Assembly: GCF_039654945.1 (NCBI RefSeq)
Contig: NW_027361881.1
Span: forward strand, 5,952,001-5,999,563
Direction: 5' to 3'
DNA: 47,563 bases
DNA from: Dendrobates tinctorius
Lineage: Eukaryota
Positions 22,011-34,214 of this stretch are shown here, piece by piece. Position 1 is the stretch's first letter. Each line of letters opens with the position of its first letter. A model generated the notes under the pieces. That model did no database searches. It was not told where the DNA came from and saw only the letters and a program-made list of their open reading frames with translations. A program made the position numbers and the translations under genes.

Positions 22011-23084
22011 ATCACAAGAAGCCGACCGTCAGATTGTTCTGGTTTACACCATCATCTTGGCAGATTAGTGTCTAATCCGTCCTATAAGGCGAGGATTAGA
22101 GCGAGTGCCACTATGCCCAGGAACACAGGGCGAGCGGCTGTGAGTCTCTGTATCATTAGGACACTTGTATTTTTTTTATATATTTCTTAATCATTGATTT
22201 TCTATAAAATGATGAGTCTGGCATTCATTGTCCGTGTGCACATTAGTGGCAGAGGATCACAGGAGTGGATAACATGGATGCAATCCGAGAAGAGCGACCA
22301 GTGGTCTTCAGCGAGGCCATGCAGATAAAAATATATATCAGCATGCTCCGCTCCCACTCTTGCCCCCTTCTGCGTGTAGCGGGGGGAAATAACGCCGCGT
22401 TCACACACATTGTATAGTCAGACCGGCTGAAGACCTGCAGATGCTTCTCCACTGGATCATGTGCCGTCACCGACCAAAAATACAGGGCTCGGCCGAGGAG
22501 TCACAGGATTGAGCAGAGCGCTGCTGATCGGGCACACCGAGATCCGACATGCGCCACCATCTTTCCCACCCAACATGCCGCACATAGAGTCAGCACATCC
22601 CCCTCCCCAATCGATGTTTAGCACTGGCAGTCACTCACCCACTGGCAATAAACGAGATGAAGGAGGCCTTACACAGAGGAGCTGGTGGCAGCCTGCGTCA
22701 CCCACTGATAGTGATGTAGGGACCGGTCGGGGGGGCTCCTGTCCCAGATTCCCAACACATCGTGGGCACTTATGAGGCTGTAGCATTTGGTTGGCAAAAC
22801 CCGCGGCCGCTCCATGCACAGAGGGCTGAATTCAGCCTTTCGTAGCCATCATTATACTGAATGGCAGAATGACCGCCACACTGCCAGCACTATAGGGACT
22901 GGGACCGCACAGTGGTCATGTGTTACATCTGTGATCCTGAAGGGTAAAAATAAGAAAATAACTTATACTTTTAATCTGGAACTGTAATTTATACACTTGG
23001 TAATAGGGTTAATAATCCTAATTTGCAAAATAGAGAAATGCTGAAGTGAAGTGCACAGATCCAGAGGAGTGATGTAGGCGCACA

Positions 23085-26000
23085 AAGGAGAGCGGCACTC
23101 CCCCAATATATAGAGCACAGAGGGGAGAGCGCGCAGAGGAGGAGGAGAGCGGCGCTCCCCCAATATATAGAGCACAGAGGAGAGCGGCGCTCCCCCAATA
23201 TATAGAGCACAGAGGAGGAGAGAGGCGCTCCCCCAATATATAGAGCACAGAGGAGGAGAGAGGCGCTCCCCCAATATATAGAGCACAGAGGAGGAGAGCG
23301 GCGCTCCCCCAATATATAGAGCGCAGAGGAGGAGGAGAGCGGCGCTCCCCCTATAGAGCACAGAGGAGGAGAGCGGAGCTCCCCCAATATATAGAGCACA
23401 GAGGAGGAGAGCGGCGCTCCCCCAATATATAGAGCACAGAGGAGGAGAGCGGCGCTCCCCCAATATATAGAGCACAGAGGAGGAGAGCGGCGCTCCCCCA
23501 ATATATAGAGCACAGAGGAGGAGAGCGGCGCTCCCCCAATATATAGAGCACAGAGGGGAGAGCGGCTCTCCCCCAATATATAGAGCACAGAGGGGAGAGC
23601 GCGCAGAGGAGGAGAGCGGCGCTCCCCCAATATATAGAGCACAGAGGAGGAGAGCGGCGCTCCCCCAATATATAGAGCACAGAGGAGGAGAGCGGCGCTC
23701 CCCCAATATATAGAGCACAGAGGAGGAGAGAGGCGCTCCCCCAATATATAGAGCACAGAGGAGGAGAGAGGCGCTCCCCCAATATATAGAGCACAGAGGA
23801 GGAGAGCGGCGCTCCCCCAATATATAGAGCACAGAGGGGAGAGCGCGCAGAGGAGGAGAGCGGCGCTCCCCCAATATATAGAGCACAGAGGGGAGAGCGC
23901 GCAGAGGAGAGCGGCGCTCCCCCAATATATAGAGCACAGAGGAGGAGAGCGGCGCTCCCCCAATATATAGAGCACAGAGGAGAGCGGCGCTCCCCCAATA
24001 TATAGAGCACAGAGGAGAGCGGCGCTCCCCCAATATATAGAGCACAGAGGGGAAGAGAGGCGCACCCCCAATATATAGAGCACAGAGGGGAAGAGAGGCG
24101 CTCCCCCAATATATAGAGCACAGAGGGGAGAGCAGCTCTCCCCCAATATATAGAGCACAGAGGGGAGAGCGCGCAGAGGAGGAGGAGAGCGGCGCTCCCC
24201 CAATATATAGAGCACAGAGGAGAGCGGCACTCCCCCAATATATAGAGCACAGAGGAGAGCGGCGCTCCCCCAATATATAGAGCACAGAGGAGGCGCTCCC
24301 CCAATATATAGAGCACAGAGGGGAGAACGCGCAGAGGAGGAGGCGCTCCCCCAATATATAGAGCACAGAGGAGGAGAGAGGCGCTCCCCCAATATATAGA
24401 GCACAGAGGGGAGAGCGCGCAGAGGAGGAGGCGCTCCCTCAATATATAGAGCACAGAGGAGGAGAGCGGCGCTCCCCCAATATATAGAGCACAGAGGGGA
24501 GAGAGCGCAGAGGAAAGCGGCGCTCCCCCAATATATAGAGCGCAGAGGAGGAGAGCGGCGCTCCCCCAATATATAGAGCACAGAGGGGAGAGAGCGCAGA
24601 GGAGGAGAGCGGCGCTCCCCCAATATATAGAGCACAGAGGGGAGAGCGGCGCTCCCCCAATGTATAGAGCACAGAGGGGAGAGAACGCACAGGAGAGCGG
24701 CGCTCCCCCAATATATAGAGCACAGAGGGGAGAGAGCACAGAGGAGAGCGGCACTCCCCCAATATATAGAGCGCAGAGGAGGAGAGCGGCGCTCCCCCAA
24801 TATATAGAGCACAGAGGGGAGAGAGCGCAGAGGAGGAGAGTGGCGCTCCCCAATATATAGAGCACAGAGGGGAGAGAGCGCACAGAGGGGAGAGAGCGCA
24901 CAGGAGGAGAGCGGCGCTCCCCCAATATATAGAGCACAGGAGGAGAGCGGCCCTCCCCCAATATTTAGAGCACAGAGGGGAGAGAGCGCAGAGGAGGAGA
25001 GCGGCGCTCCCCCAATATATAGAGCACAGAGGGGAGAGAGCGCAGAGGAGGAGAGCAGCGCTCCCCCAATATATAGAGCACAGAGGGGAGAGAGAGCGCA
25101 GAGGAGGAGAGCGGCGCTCCCCCAATATATAGAGCACAGAGGGGAGAGAGAGCGCAGAGGAGGAGAGGGGAGAGAGAGCGCAGAGGAGGAGAGCGGCGCT
25201 CCCCCAATATATAGAGCACAGAGGGGACAGAGAACGCAGAGGAGGAGAGCGGCGCTCCCCCAATATATAGAGCACAGAGGGGAGAGAGCGCAGAGGAGGA
25301 GAGCAGCGCTCCCCCAATATATAGAGCACAGAGGGGGAGAGCGGCGCTCCCCCAATATATAGAGCACAGAGGGGGAGAGCGGCGCTCCCCCAATATATAG
25401 AGCACAGAAGGGAGAGAGCGCAGAGAAGAGCAGCGCTCCCCCAATATATAAGCACAGAGGGGAGAGAGCGGCGCTCCCCCAATATATAGAGCACAGGGGA
25501 GAGAGCGCAGAGGAGAGCGGCGCTCCTCCAATATATAGAGCACAGAGGGGAGAGAGCGCACAGGAGAGTGGCGCCCCCAATATATAGAGCACAGAGGAGA
25601 GCGGCGCTCCCCCAATATATAGAGCACAGAGGGGAGAGAGCGCAGAGGAGGAGTGCGGCGCTCCCCAATATATAGAGCACAGAGGGGAGAGAGCGCACAG
25701 GAGAGCGGCGCTCCTCCAATATATAGAGCACAGAGGGGAGAGAGCGCAGAGGAGGAGAGCGGCGCTCCCCCAATATATAGAGCACAGAGGGGAGAGAGCG
25801 CAGAGGAGGAGAGCGGCGCTCCCCAATATATAGAGCACAGAGGGGAGAGAGCGCACAGGAGAGCGGCGCTCCTCCAATATATAGAGCACAGAGGGGAGAG
25901 CGCAGAGGAGGAGAGCGGCGCTCCCCCAATATATAGAGCACAGAGGGGAGAGAGCGCAGAGGAGGAGATGCCGCTCCCCCAATTTATGGAGCACAGAGGG

Positions 26001-27733
26001 GAGAGAGCGCACAGGAGAGCGGCGCTCCTCCAATATATAGAGCACAGAGGGGAGAGAGCGCAGAGGAGGAGAGCGGCGCTCCCCCAATATATAGAGCACA
26101 GAGGGGAGAGAGCGCAGAGGAGGAGATGCCGCTCCCCCAATTTATGGAGCACAGAGGGGAGAGCGCAGTGGAGGAGACACTGCTCCCCCAATATATAAAG
26201 CACAGAGGGGAGAGAGCGCAGAGGAGGAGACACCGCTCCCCCAATATATAGAGCACAGAGGGGAGAGAGCGCAGAGGAGGAGACACCGCTCTCCCAATAT
26301 ATAGAGCACAGAGGTGAGAGCGCAGAGGAGGAGATGCCGCTCCCCCAATTTATGGAGCACACAGGGGAGAGAGCGCAGAGGAGGAGACACCGCTCTCCCA
26401 ATATATAGAGCACAGAGGTGAGAGCGCAGAGGAGGAGAGCGGAGCTCCCCCAATATATAGAGCACAGAGGGGAGAGAGCGCAGAGGAGGAGATGCCGCTC
26501 CCCCAATTTATGGAGCACAGAGGGGAGAGCGCAGTGGAGGAGACACTGCTCCCCCAATATATAAAGCACAGAGGGGAGAGAGCGCAGAGGAGGAGACACT
26601 GCTCCCCCAATATATAAAGCACAGAGGGGAGAGAGCGCAGAGGAGGAGACACTGCTCCCCCAATATATAGAGCACAGAGGTGAGAGAGCGCAGAGGAGGA
26701 GATACTGCTCTCCCAATATATAGAGCACAGAGGTGAGAGCGCAGAGGAGGAGAGCGGAGCTCCCCCAATATATAGAGCACAGAGAGGAGAGAGCGCAGAG
26801 GAGGAGACACCGCTCCCCCAATATATAAAGCACAGAGGGGAGAGAGCGCAGAGGAGGAGACACCGCTCCCCCAATATATAGAGCACAGAGGGGAGAGAGC
26901 GCAGAGGAGGAGATACTGCTCTCCCAATATATAGAGCACAGAGGTGAGAGCGCAGAGGAGGAGAGCGGCGCTCCCCCAATATATAGAGCACAGAGGGGAG
27001 AGAGCGCAGAGGAGGAGACACCGCTCCCCCAATATATAGAGCACAGAGGTGAGAGAGCGCAGAGGAGGAGACACCGCTCCCCCAATATATAGAGCACAGA
27101 GGTGAGAGAGCGTAGAGGAGGAGACACCGCTCCCCCAATATATAGAGCACAGAGGTGAGAGCGCAGAGGAGGAGACACCGCTCCCCCAATATATAGAGCA
27201 CAGAGGGGAGAGAGCGCAGAGGAGGAGACACCGCTCCCCCAATATATAGAGCACAGAGGGGAGAGAGCGCAGAGGAGGAGACACTGCTCCCCCAATATAT
27301 AGAGCACAGAGGGGAGAGAGCGCAGAGGAGGAGACACTGCTCCCCCAATATATAGAGCACAGAGGGGAGAGAGCGCAGAGGAGGAGATACCGCTCCCCCA
27401 ATATATAGAGCAGAGGTGAGAGAGCGCAGGAGGAGGAGATACTGCTCTCCCAATATATAGATCACAGAGGGGAGAGCGCAGAGGAGGAGAGCGGCGCTCC
27501 CCCAATATATAGAGCACAGAGGGGAGAGAGCGCAGAGGAGGAGACACCGCTCCCCCAATATATAGAGCACAGAGGTGAGAGAGCGCAGAGGAGGAGACAC
27601 CGCTCCCCCAATATATAGAGCACAGAGGTGAGAGAGCGCAGAGGAGGAGACACTGCTCCCCCAATATATAGAGCACAGAGGGGAGAGAGCGCAGAGGAGG
27701 AGACACCGCTCCCCCAATTTATGGAGCACAGAT
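23085..27733. repeat. 4.6-kb intergenic minisatellite, 35-53-bp unit with core CTCCCCCAATATATAGAGCACAGAGG
   Basis: Directly visible; source of the 400-1000-aa spurious ORFs. Confidence 0.97.
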
Positions 27734-28133
27734 CTACGCCTTTCACTTTAGCATGAAGGCAACAAAGTAGAGTAATTAATCTATCATCAGATGTATGTAA
27801 ATCACATTTCCTGTGATACATTCTTGGTTGCTCTGATGTCAGTTAACCCTATCTGCTACACGAGCTATGACGTTTCCAGTTACAAAATTGGAGATTTGCT
27901 TATTTTCAGCGATGCGAGTGGCCAAGTACATGGACACAGGGATGGGGGTTACGGACCGAGATTCCCCTCATACCTGCAGCTAAAGAGAACAATTACCCAA
28001 TACAGGGTCAGGAAACTGCTTGTCAAGCAGTTGTCCCAAATATTAGTGTAGCCAATCACAAAACAGGAGGCGCTCAGTGCTCCCTTCCTAGCCGCTGGCT
28101 CGGAATTTTGTCTGTAAACGCCACTACAAAGCA

Positions 28134-28293
28134 ATGCGTCTCCACGGCAACAGACAACACACAGACCTCGTGTAGTCAGGCCCTGCGGCTGCACTTTCTG
28201 AAAGTTCTCGGTAACTTCCTGCATACGGTTGAGAACACAGGGCGCCTGCAGGATCAGACTCTGCAGGGTTTGTGTGTTACCATGGAGACGCAT
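28134..28293. mobile_element. Palindromic MITE-like remnant
   Basis: ATGCGTCTCCACGGCAAC..ACACACAGACC pairs with GGTTTGTGTGTTACCATGGAGACGCAT. Confidence 0.55.
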
Positions 28294-28609
28294 CGTTCTG
28301 CACAGGAGCTGTAGATGCAAAACGACTGGAATTTTTTTTTTTTTTAATTTAGACTTCTTGCAACATTCCCTTATTTTTCTGCCTAACTGCAAGCCTGCCG
28401 CCCCGCTCAGCGATTCAGGTTTAGTTGTCGCAGCACAAGTTTGTAGATTATAATCCGAGATTACACTCCCTCGTCTCCGCTCCTAGAAATACCGTCCCAC
28501 CGGGAAACCAAAGTGAGCGTGTTATTCGACATTAACCCCTTCCTATCTCAGTCATGACCAAAAACACATTAGTCTCAGGATGAAGCAGCGATGGCAACAA
28601 ATGCATCCG

Positions 28610-28615
28610 TTTATT
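28610..28615 (-). terminator. Candidate AKTIP polyadenylation signal AATAAA
   Basis: TTTATT on +, ~780 nt past the stop codon, after a U-rich 3' UTR stretch. Confidence 0.5.
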
Positions 28616-29394
28616 GAGCAAAAGACACAAACCAAAAAAAGAAAAAAAAATATGATTTCTGCAAATGACAGATTATTCTCACCAGGACTGAGGTGCGCTT
28701 TGTGACGCCACCACCAGTGAAGCGTACCGAGAGCCGCTGCACGCCGGGAGCGGCCATATTGTGGGCGGAGTTTAAAAAAAAAACACCCCACAACAGCCTG
28801 GCTGGTTCCACGGCAAACATGGCTGCCTCCAGTCTGCACAAGACCTGGGAACACCAAGACGGAGTTTTCTAAACCATAACCCCCCCAAAAAAGTGCTAGC
28901 TGTGGTGTTATCAAACACGTATTTACAATTTTAATATTCTAACTGTATGTACACAACACAAGTAAAGGCATTATTAAAACCGCCGCACTACAGACTTCTG
29001 GTATACGCAGTGTATAGTTCATCAAGCCCCTCTATAAATCTGCCAGACACCGAGACCCACGTCCAATGCAAGCCAGAAGCGTCCGATAAAGGAGGGGAGA
29101 CGTCCTGCAGCGTGCATGCGATTCCTGGGGAAGGGGAGGACCCCCTGCAGAGAGAGGCAGCCCCCCGGCCTTCGGCAAACATTCAGCTTCTCCTGCAGCT
29201 TTAGAAACATAAATAAAGTAAAACTAGAAATAAAAACGCGTCGGTTCCAGATGGAGTTAAAATCCAAATCCACAAGATAAAAATCGAAAGCCTGATCTTT
29301 ATGGAGGAGCGCGCGCCGGCCCTCCCCGGGTCGTCCCGCACGGTCACAGCCATCATTAAGAAATCGGAGTCCGCTGGTTCCTGCGCCGTCAGCG

Positions 29395-29502
29395 CTAGGT
29401 CTGCAAAACCGCGTCCTCTTTACTGAACGGCAGCACAGAGCCAGGCTTCACCCAGGACAGACCAGTCGCATGGAGGCTTTTATTCTGCTCCTCAGATTTC
29501 CT
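29395..29502 (-). CDS. AKTIP: AKTIP last coding exon ([35 protein letters not shown])
   Basis: Acceptor TTTTACTTAG, TAG stop at 29397-29395. Confidence 0.95.
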   Translation of the reverse strand, partial: RKSEEQNKSLHATGLSWVKPGSVLPFSKEDAVLQT

Positions 29503-32500
29503 CTAAGTAAAAAAACAAAAAAAACAATGCAGCTGAACCACAGATACCAGCAGGACACTGCTCCTAGGGGTCCTGATCCCTGGGCCCCACCTGCTCTCCT
29601 AGGGGGAGGGGGTCCTGATCCCTGGGCCCCACCTGCTCCTGGGGGGGGGGGGTCCTGATCCCTGGGCCCCACCTGCTCCTGGGGGGGGGTCCTGATCCCT
29701 GGGCCCCACCTGCTCCTAGGGGGGGGGGGGGTCCTGATCCCTGGGCCCCACCTGCTCCTAGGGTGGGGGGGGGTCCTGATCCCTGGGCCCCACCTGCTCT
29801 CCTAGGAGGGGGTCCTGATCCCTGGGCCCTACCTGCTCTCCTAGGGGGGTGGGGGGTCCTGATCCCTGAGCCCCACCTGCTCCTAGGGGGGGGGGGGTCC
29901 TGATCCCTGAGCCCCAACTGCTCTCCTATGAGGGGGTCCTGATCCCTGAGCCCCAACTGCTCTCCTATGAGGGGGTCCTGATCCCTGGGCCCCACCTGCT
30001 CTCCTAGGAGGGGGTCCTGATCCCTGGGCCCCACCTGCTCTCCAAGGAGGGGGGGGGGGGGGTCCTGATCCCTGGGCCCCAACTGCTCCTAGGGGGGGGT
30101 CCTGATCCCTGGGCCCTAACGGCTCCTAGGGGGTCCTGATCCCTGGGCCCCACCTGCTCCTACCTGAAGAATTAGTATCGGGGCACGACCAATAAAAGAA
30201 AAACACATTCAGTGAAATTCTCATACGATGACGATATAGTAAGAAAATGTTATAATATATACATTTTTTTTTTCATTAAAACTTAAACTTTTTATTCAGG
30301 ACTTGAGCCTGTGATAATGTCATCACTTGTGCTCTGTGCAGTGTCCGGTGATGCCCGCAGGCTTGTCTTAATAGGAGGACTGTGTGGCAGTGACATGGAG
30401 ATGTTAGCCGGACCCCCGGGTGCTATGACGACATCTGCCAGGTACGGTTTGGGCCCAGTTCCTGACATTGCTCTATACTCCTGCACTTGATCTCTTGCAT
30501 TAGACCGCTGCAGCCGATCACTGTCCTTGGCGGTCTGGCAGCATACACGAAGACCTTGCCAGTGATGGCTGCAGCGCTCGTGTGCACGGGCAGCAGGACA
30601 CAGACCCACAGGAGCAGTGTTTTCGTAAGAGGCGTTAACCCTTTGAGGACTCCAAGCATATGCCATCACTTGAGTCGATCGGCACTTATTTGGGGCACAT
30701 TTCTGCCCTTGTAAAAGGACATTGAGCGTCAGGTCTGTGGGGTCTTAACCCTGAGAAAATGTGGCGAGACATAAGTGCCCCCCCCATTAATCACAACACG
30801 GCAGAAATAACGGACAGGTGCGTTACTGCTTGTATTATACTCATACTTTTTGTGCCAACATTTTCTCTCTGGCTTCATCATGTAGTGCAGGATTCCAGGG
30901 CGAGAACCTATAAAAAGGGGAAAAAAAAAATACATATCTCAGAAGTAATAAGACGTGGACGGCAGCAGATAAAATACATACCCCCCCTCCCCCATTATAA
31001 AAGATGGGCATTGACGTGACAAGTCCCATTTTCTAGTAGCATCACAAGCTGCAAATGTGGTGAAAAATAAGGTCACCATACTGGGACTTCACAGGAGGAT
31101 ACTGAAGACCCCCTAATGGTCCGAACACCTTTGATTCAGCACAGGGCGACTCGCTGCAAAAGTCGCCAGCAGCAACTCAACCCTCATGAAACAGACAGTG
31201 GAAGATAATTCCCATGGATGGATGATCAGCCAATCTGAGCGTGCATGTTGGGCCGGGCTGATACCAGTAGAAATAGACCTGAAGATAGGTCAGAAAAGAA
31301 TCACAAAACAGAAGACAAAGGGTGGGTTGAAAATTAACCACCCCTCCTTGGTTGAATGATTCCAGACTATATCCTCTATGCATTTTAGGGTTATGATTTT
31401 GTCCTTAACTTTTGGTCAGGTCTGTCCACTAGTATAGCGATTCGTATCATCCATCAGTATTGAATTCTCTTTTGGTGCCATATTTTGTATCTATTACTAT
31501 GGTGTTGGCCCCTACGGTTTTTGCTGTTTTTGTATGTGCAGGCTCCTGTTAGTTGTGCCACCACTTCACCAGTGGTTTTTAATTTTCACACGACCCTTTG
31601 TCTTCTGTTTTGCGATTCCTTTGGGACCTATATTCGGGTTGGTTTCCATTGGTATCATATCTAGGACATGATCCAGAGTGCGGGGAGCTCATACTATGGA
31701 CAGGTCTCATTGTACGTGGCCGCGTCATTATCGGATCACTCACGTAATTGCATAGGGATCTTCCATTTTCGGCTGGTCGAATAAGTGGCTGTTGCATAGT
31801 TTAACACTGTCTACCACTTTGCTCTTAAACAGCGGAGCGTCTTTATCGTAGCTAGAAACAAAAAACAACCTGCATTACCACAAATTTATTTTTCCCTAGA
31901 TCACAGATTTTTGGCCACAGAGGGGACGGGTGGGACTGGTATAATAGGCCGCCAGAATGGACGACTTTCATTTCTCTTTTGCACGGTGCCGACACATACA
32001 GCAATGCCGGGGAAAGACAAAAGCTGCACTGGCCACCTCCGGCGTCCCATAGAGATGGATTCTGGTGACCAGTGGTGGTCTTACCGGTCACATCCCCCCA
32101 AGGCTTTTTCTTAGCAGTGTCCCCCTTTATAAGCACAAAGTCCTACTCACAGCACCGCAGCTTCCGGGTTCAGAGGGACGGCCGTGTCTATCTTGTAGAA
32201 GATCCGCCTGGCGTACATCAGCACCTGCCATATGTGGTTGTGATTCCTCCTAAAAACCAAGAGCGAGAGTTATGGACACGGAAAGGAAGCAAAAATCGGC
32301 AGAGACGCAAAAGATGTCAAATGTTTTGGATAAGATGTTTTTACCATGTGCAAAACCTGATGGGTCCATGTTCTGTCTGAACGAAGCCTAAAGCAACGAC
32401 TGCGGCACATCAGGGGGCCAGTGTGAACAGACGCCAGGGCACCCATAGCAATAAACCAGACCGAACTCACCTCCACTTCGCAAATGCTCTTCTTACATCC

Positions 32501-33754
32501 AGTTCGCCAGAGATGGGATCCACGAGAGGGTGGAAGACGGGGATGTCAAAGATGAGGCGCTGAGAGACAGACAAAGAGTCAGCGACACGGCCGACACATC
32601 CACGGGCCAGGCAGCCGCCGGCGGCAACGTCATCACTCACCGGACACTCTCCGTCGGGATAGTTGTCAGGGATGTACACCGTGAACTTAAATACACCGTC
32701 CTGGTACAGGCCGTTCCGGATAAAGATCACCCCAAACCACACTGCAAAGAGGAAAGGACGGAGATTGTGAGGAGAGCGCAGTTCATTGCCCGTTACGACA
32801 ATCCGCCATATATCGGGGTGCAACCTCTTACTTAGAGCAGAGCGATACGACGGCTGCACGTAGACCCCCGGGAGCTTCTGCTTCACCATGAGGGTACTGC
32901 AAAAGGTAAAATATGGAGTTAGATCCCTCGTTAAAGTCCCCATCTCCCCAACTTTGCAGAGAGACACGGCACAATCGGGGGGGTGGGGAGCGCCGGGATT
33001 CTTGCAAGGGGTCCGAATCATTTTGTAGCCTGCAACGGGTCCGTATATATTCCCATGTGGCAGATCTGTTGCAGAGTTTCCGGTGATTGTTCCATCAGAT
33101 CTGTGCAGATTAATGGGGGCATCTGCGACATGTCGGCCACGTGTGAATCCTCGCCTAGGGCGCGTGTGCATGGGGTGAAGGGTGACGTGGTGCAGATTAT
33201 CCCAAATCCCGTGTGGACGCCCCCTAGAGGAGTAATGGTGCCTGTGGACCTGCAAGTATTAACACGTCTGCCCCCAATTTTGTGGCAGCAGTAGAGACCA
33301 TGGTTATGGACTGCACCAGACCCTTCCTCCCGGTGATCAGCCTGTTCCCACCCATCACATCATGGACATGCCATGAGGGCATACGTACAACTCTGCCAGG
33401 AGGGAGTACTCCAGGTAGAAGGGGCCGTAGGATGCATGGGTGCCATTGGTGGACTGTGCAGCGGGGGCCGGCGAGATGGGTTTGGTGATGGGGACAGCGT
33501 TCTTCGGTATAGAGGGAAGCTGTTTCTTGGCGGACGAGGCCCGTGGGGGGCTGATTTTCTGGTCGCCCGATATCTTCTCTTCGTTGTCTGGTTTCTGCAG
33601 AGAGAGAGAATCATTATTGCCAGCAGTGACACCTAGTTCTGATTGGTGGCACCCATCCATTGTGACATGTATTGATCTGGAGCCGGCGCCTTTCTTGGCT
33701 CTTGCTTCTTACCTTCCGTACAGACGAGGAGGACATGTTCCAGAATGGGTTCAT
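29395..33754 (-). CDS. AKTIP: AKT-interacting protein (Fused toes homolog, inactive E2 variant), whole gene model, 9 coding exons, 292 aa
   Basis: [85 protein letters not shown]; all introns GT-AG with matching phases. Confidence 0.98.
29558..30162. repeat. GC-rich ~33-42-bp minisatellite (GGGGTCCTGATCCCTGGGCCCCACCTGCTCCTA + G run), last AKTIP intron
   Basis: Directly visible; variable poly-G. Confidence 0.95.
30847..30907 (-). CDS. AKTIP: AKTIP coding exon 8 ([20 protein letters not shown])
   Basis: Acceptor TTTATAG, donor AAA|GTATGA. Confidence 0.95.
31744..31851 (-). CDS. AKTIP: AKTIP coding exon 7 ([23 protein letters not shown])
   Basis: Acceptor TTTCTAG, donor TAC|GTGAGT. Confidence 0.95.
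32151..32249 (-). CDS. AKTIP: AKTIP coding exon 6 ([26 protein letters not shown])
   Basis: Acceptor TTTTTAG, donor GCT|GTGAGT. Confidence 0.96.
32471..32559 (-). CDS. AKTIP: AKTIP coding exon 5 ([29 protein letters not shown])
   Basis: Acceptor TCTCTCAG, donor GAG|GTGAGT. Confidence 0.96.
32641..32741 (-). CDS. AKTIP: AKTIP coding exon 4 ([34 protein letters not shown])
   Basis: Acceptor TTTGCAG, donor CCG|GTGAGT. Confidence 0.96.
32832..32896 (-). CDS. AKTIP: AKTIP coding exon 3 ([21 protein letters not shown])
   Basis: Acceptor TTTTGCAG, donor TAA|GTAAGA. Confidence 0.96.
33389..33594 (-). CDS. AKTIP: AKTIP coding exon 2 (KPDNEEK..YSLLAE)
   Basis: Acceptor TCTCTGCAG, donor GTT|GTACGT. 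Confidence 0.96.
33713..33754 (-). CDS. AKTIP: AKTIP coding exon 1 ([14 protein letters not shown]); exon with 5' UTR probably extends to 33806; extra in-frame ATG at 33757
   Basis: Donor AAG|GTAAGA; acceptor TTGTATTGCAG at 33807 implies an upstream non-coding exon I could not locate. Confidence 0.95.
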
Positions 33755-34214
33755 CATCTCACCTCCGGGTAAAGCGAGTCTCCGTTCTGAGGCTCAACCG
33801 CGGCCACTGCAATACAAAAGCAGAGAAATACTGAAGGCGACCATCATGGAGGTCGGAGCAGGCGGCACCATGACGGAGGGCATCAATCAGGCTGGCAGCG
33901 TCCAGAGGATTGGGGACGCGTCCCCCTTGTTACACTGCGGGCAGCGCTGTACAAAGGAGGCATTATACCAAGCAGCGGAGTGTGAGCTCATGGCGTGCCA
34001 GGCCGGGGGGACGACCAGCCGAGCCCTCCATGGTCACTGCATTCAGGGAACATTAACCCCAGGAAAGCCAAAGACACACTCAGGGGGCTTCACAGTCTAC
34101 AGGCATCGGTGGTCCTTACACTGGGCCGGCCCCTCGGATGGTGTCAGTATACACAGCCGAGGGGAAACTAAAGAGACAAATGGCGACAGCCAGCAACTAC
34201 AAGCACTATCATCA

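Noticed and set aside
23085-27733. CCAATATATAG / CCAATTTATGG in the repeat as SRF or MEF2 sites
   Set aside because: Spacing does not fit CC(A/T)6GG or YTA(A/T)4TAR
22963-27821. ORFs of 300-1036 aa on the - strand
   Set aside because: Translations of a minisatellite lacking stops in several frames at once; no splice or domain support
32471-32559. E2-like fold without the catalytic Cys (HPLVD) as a novelty
   Set aside because: Established property of AKTIP
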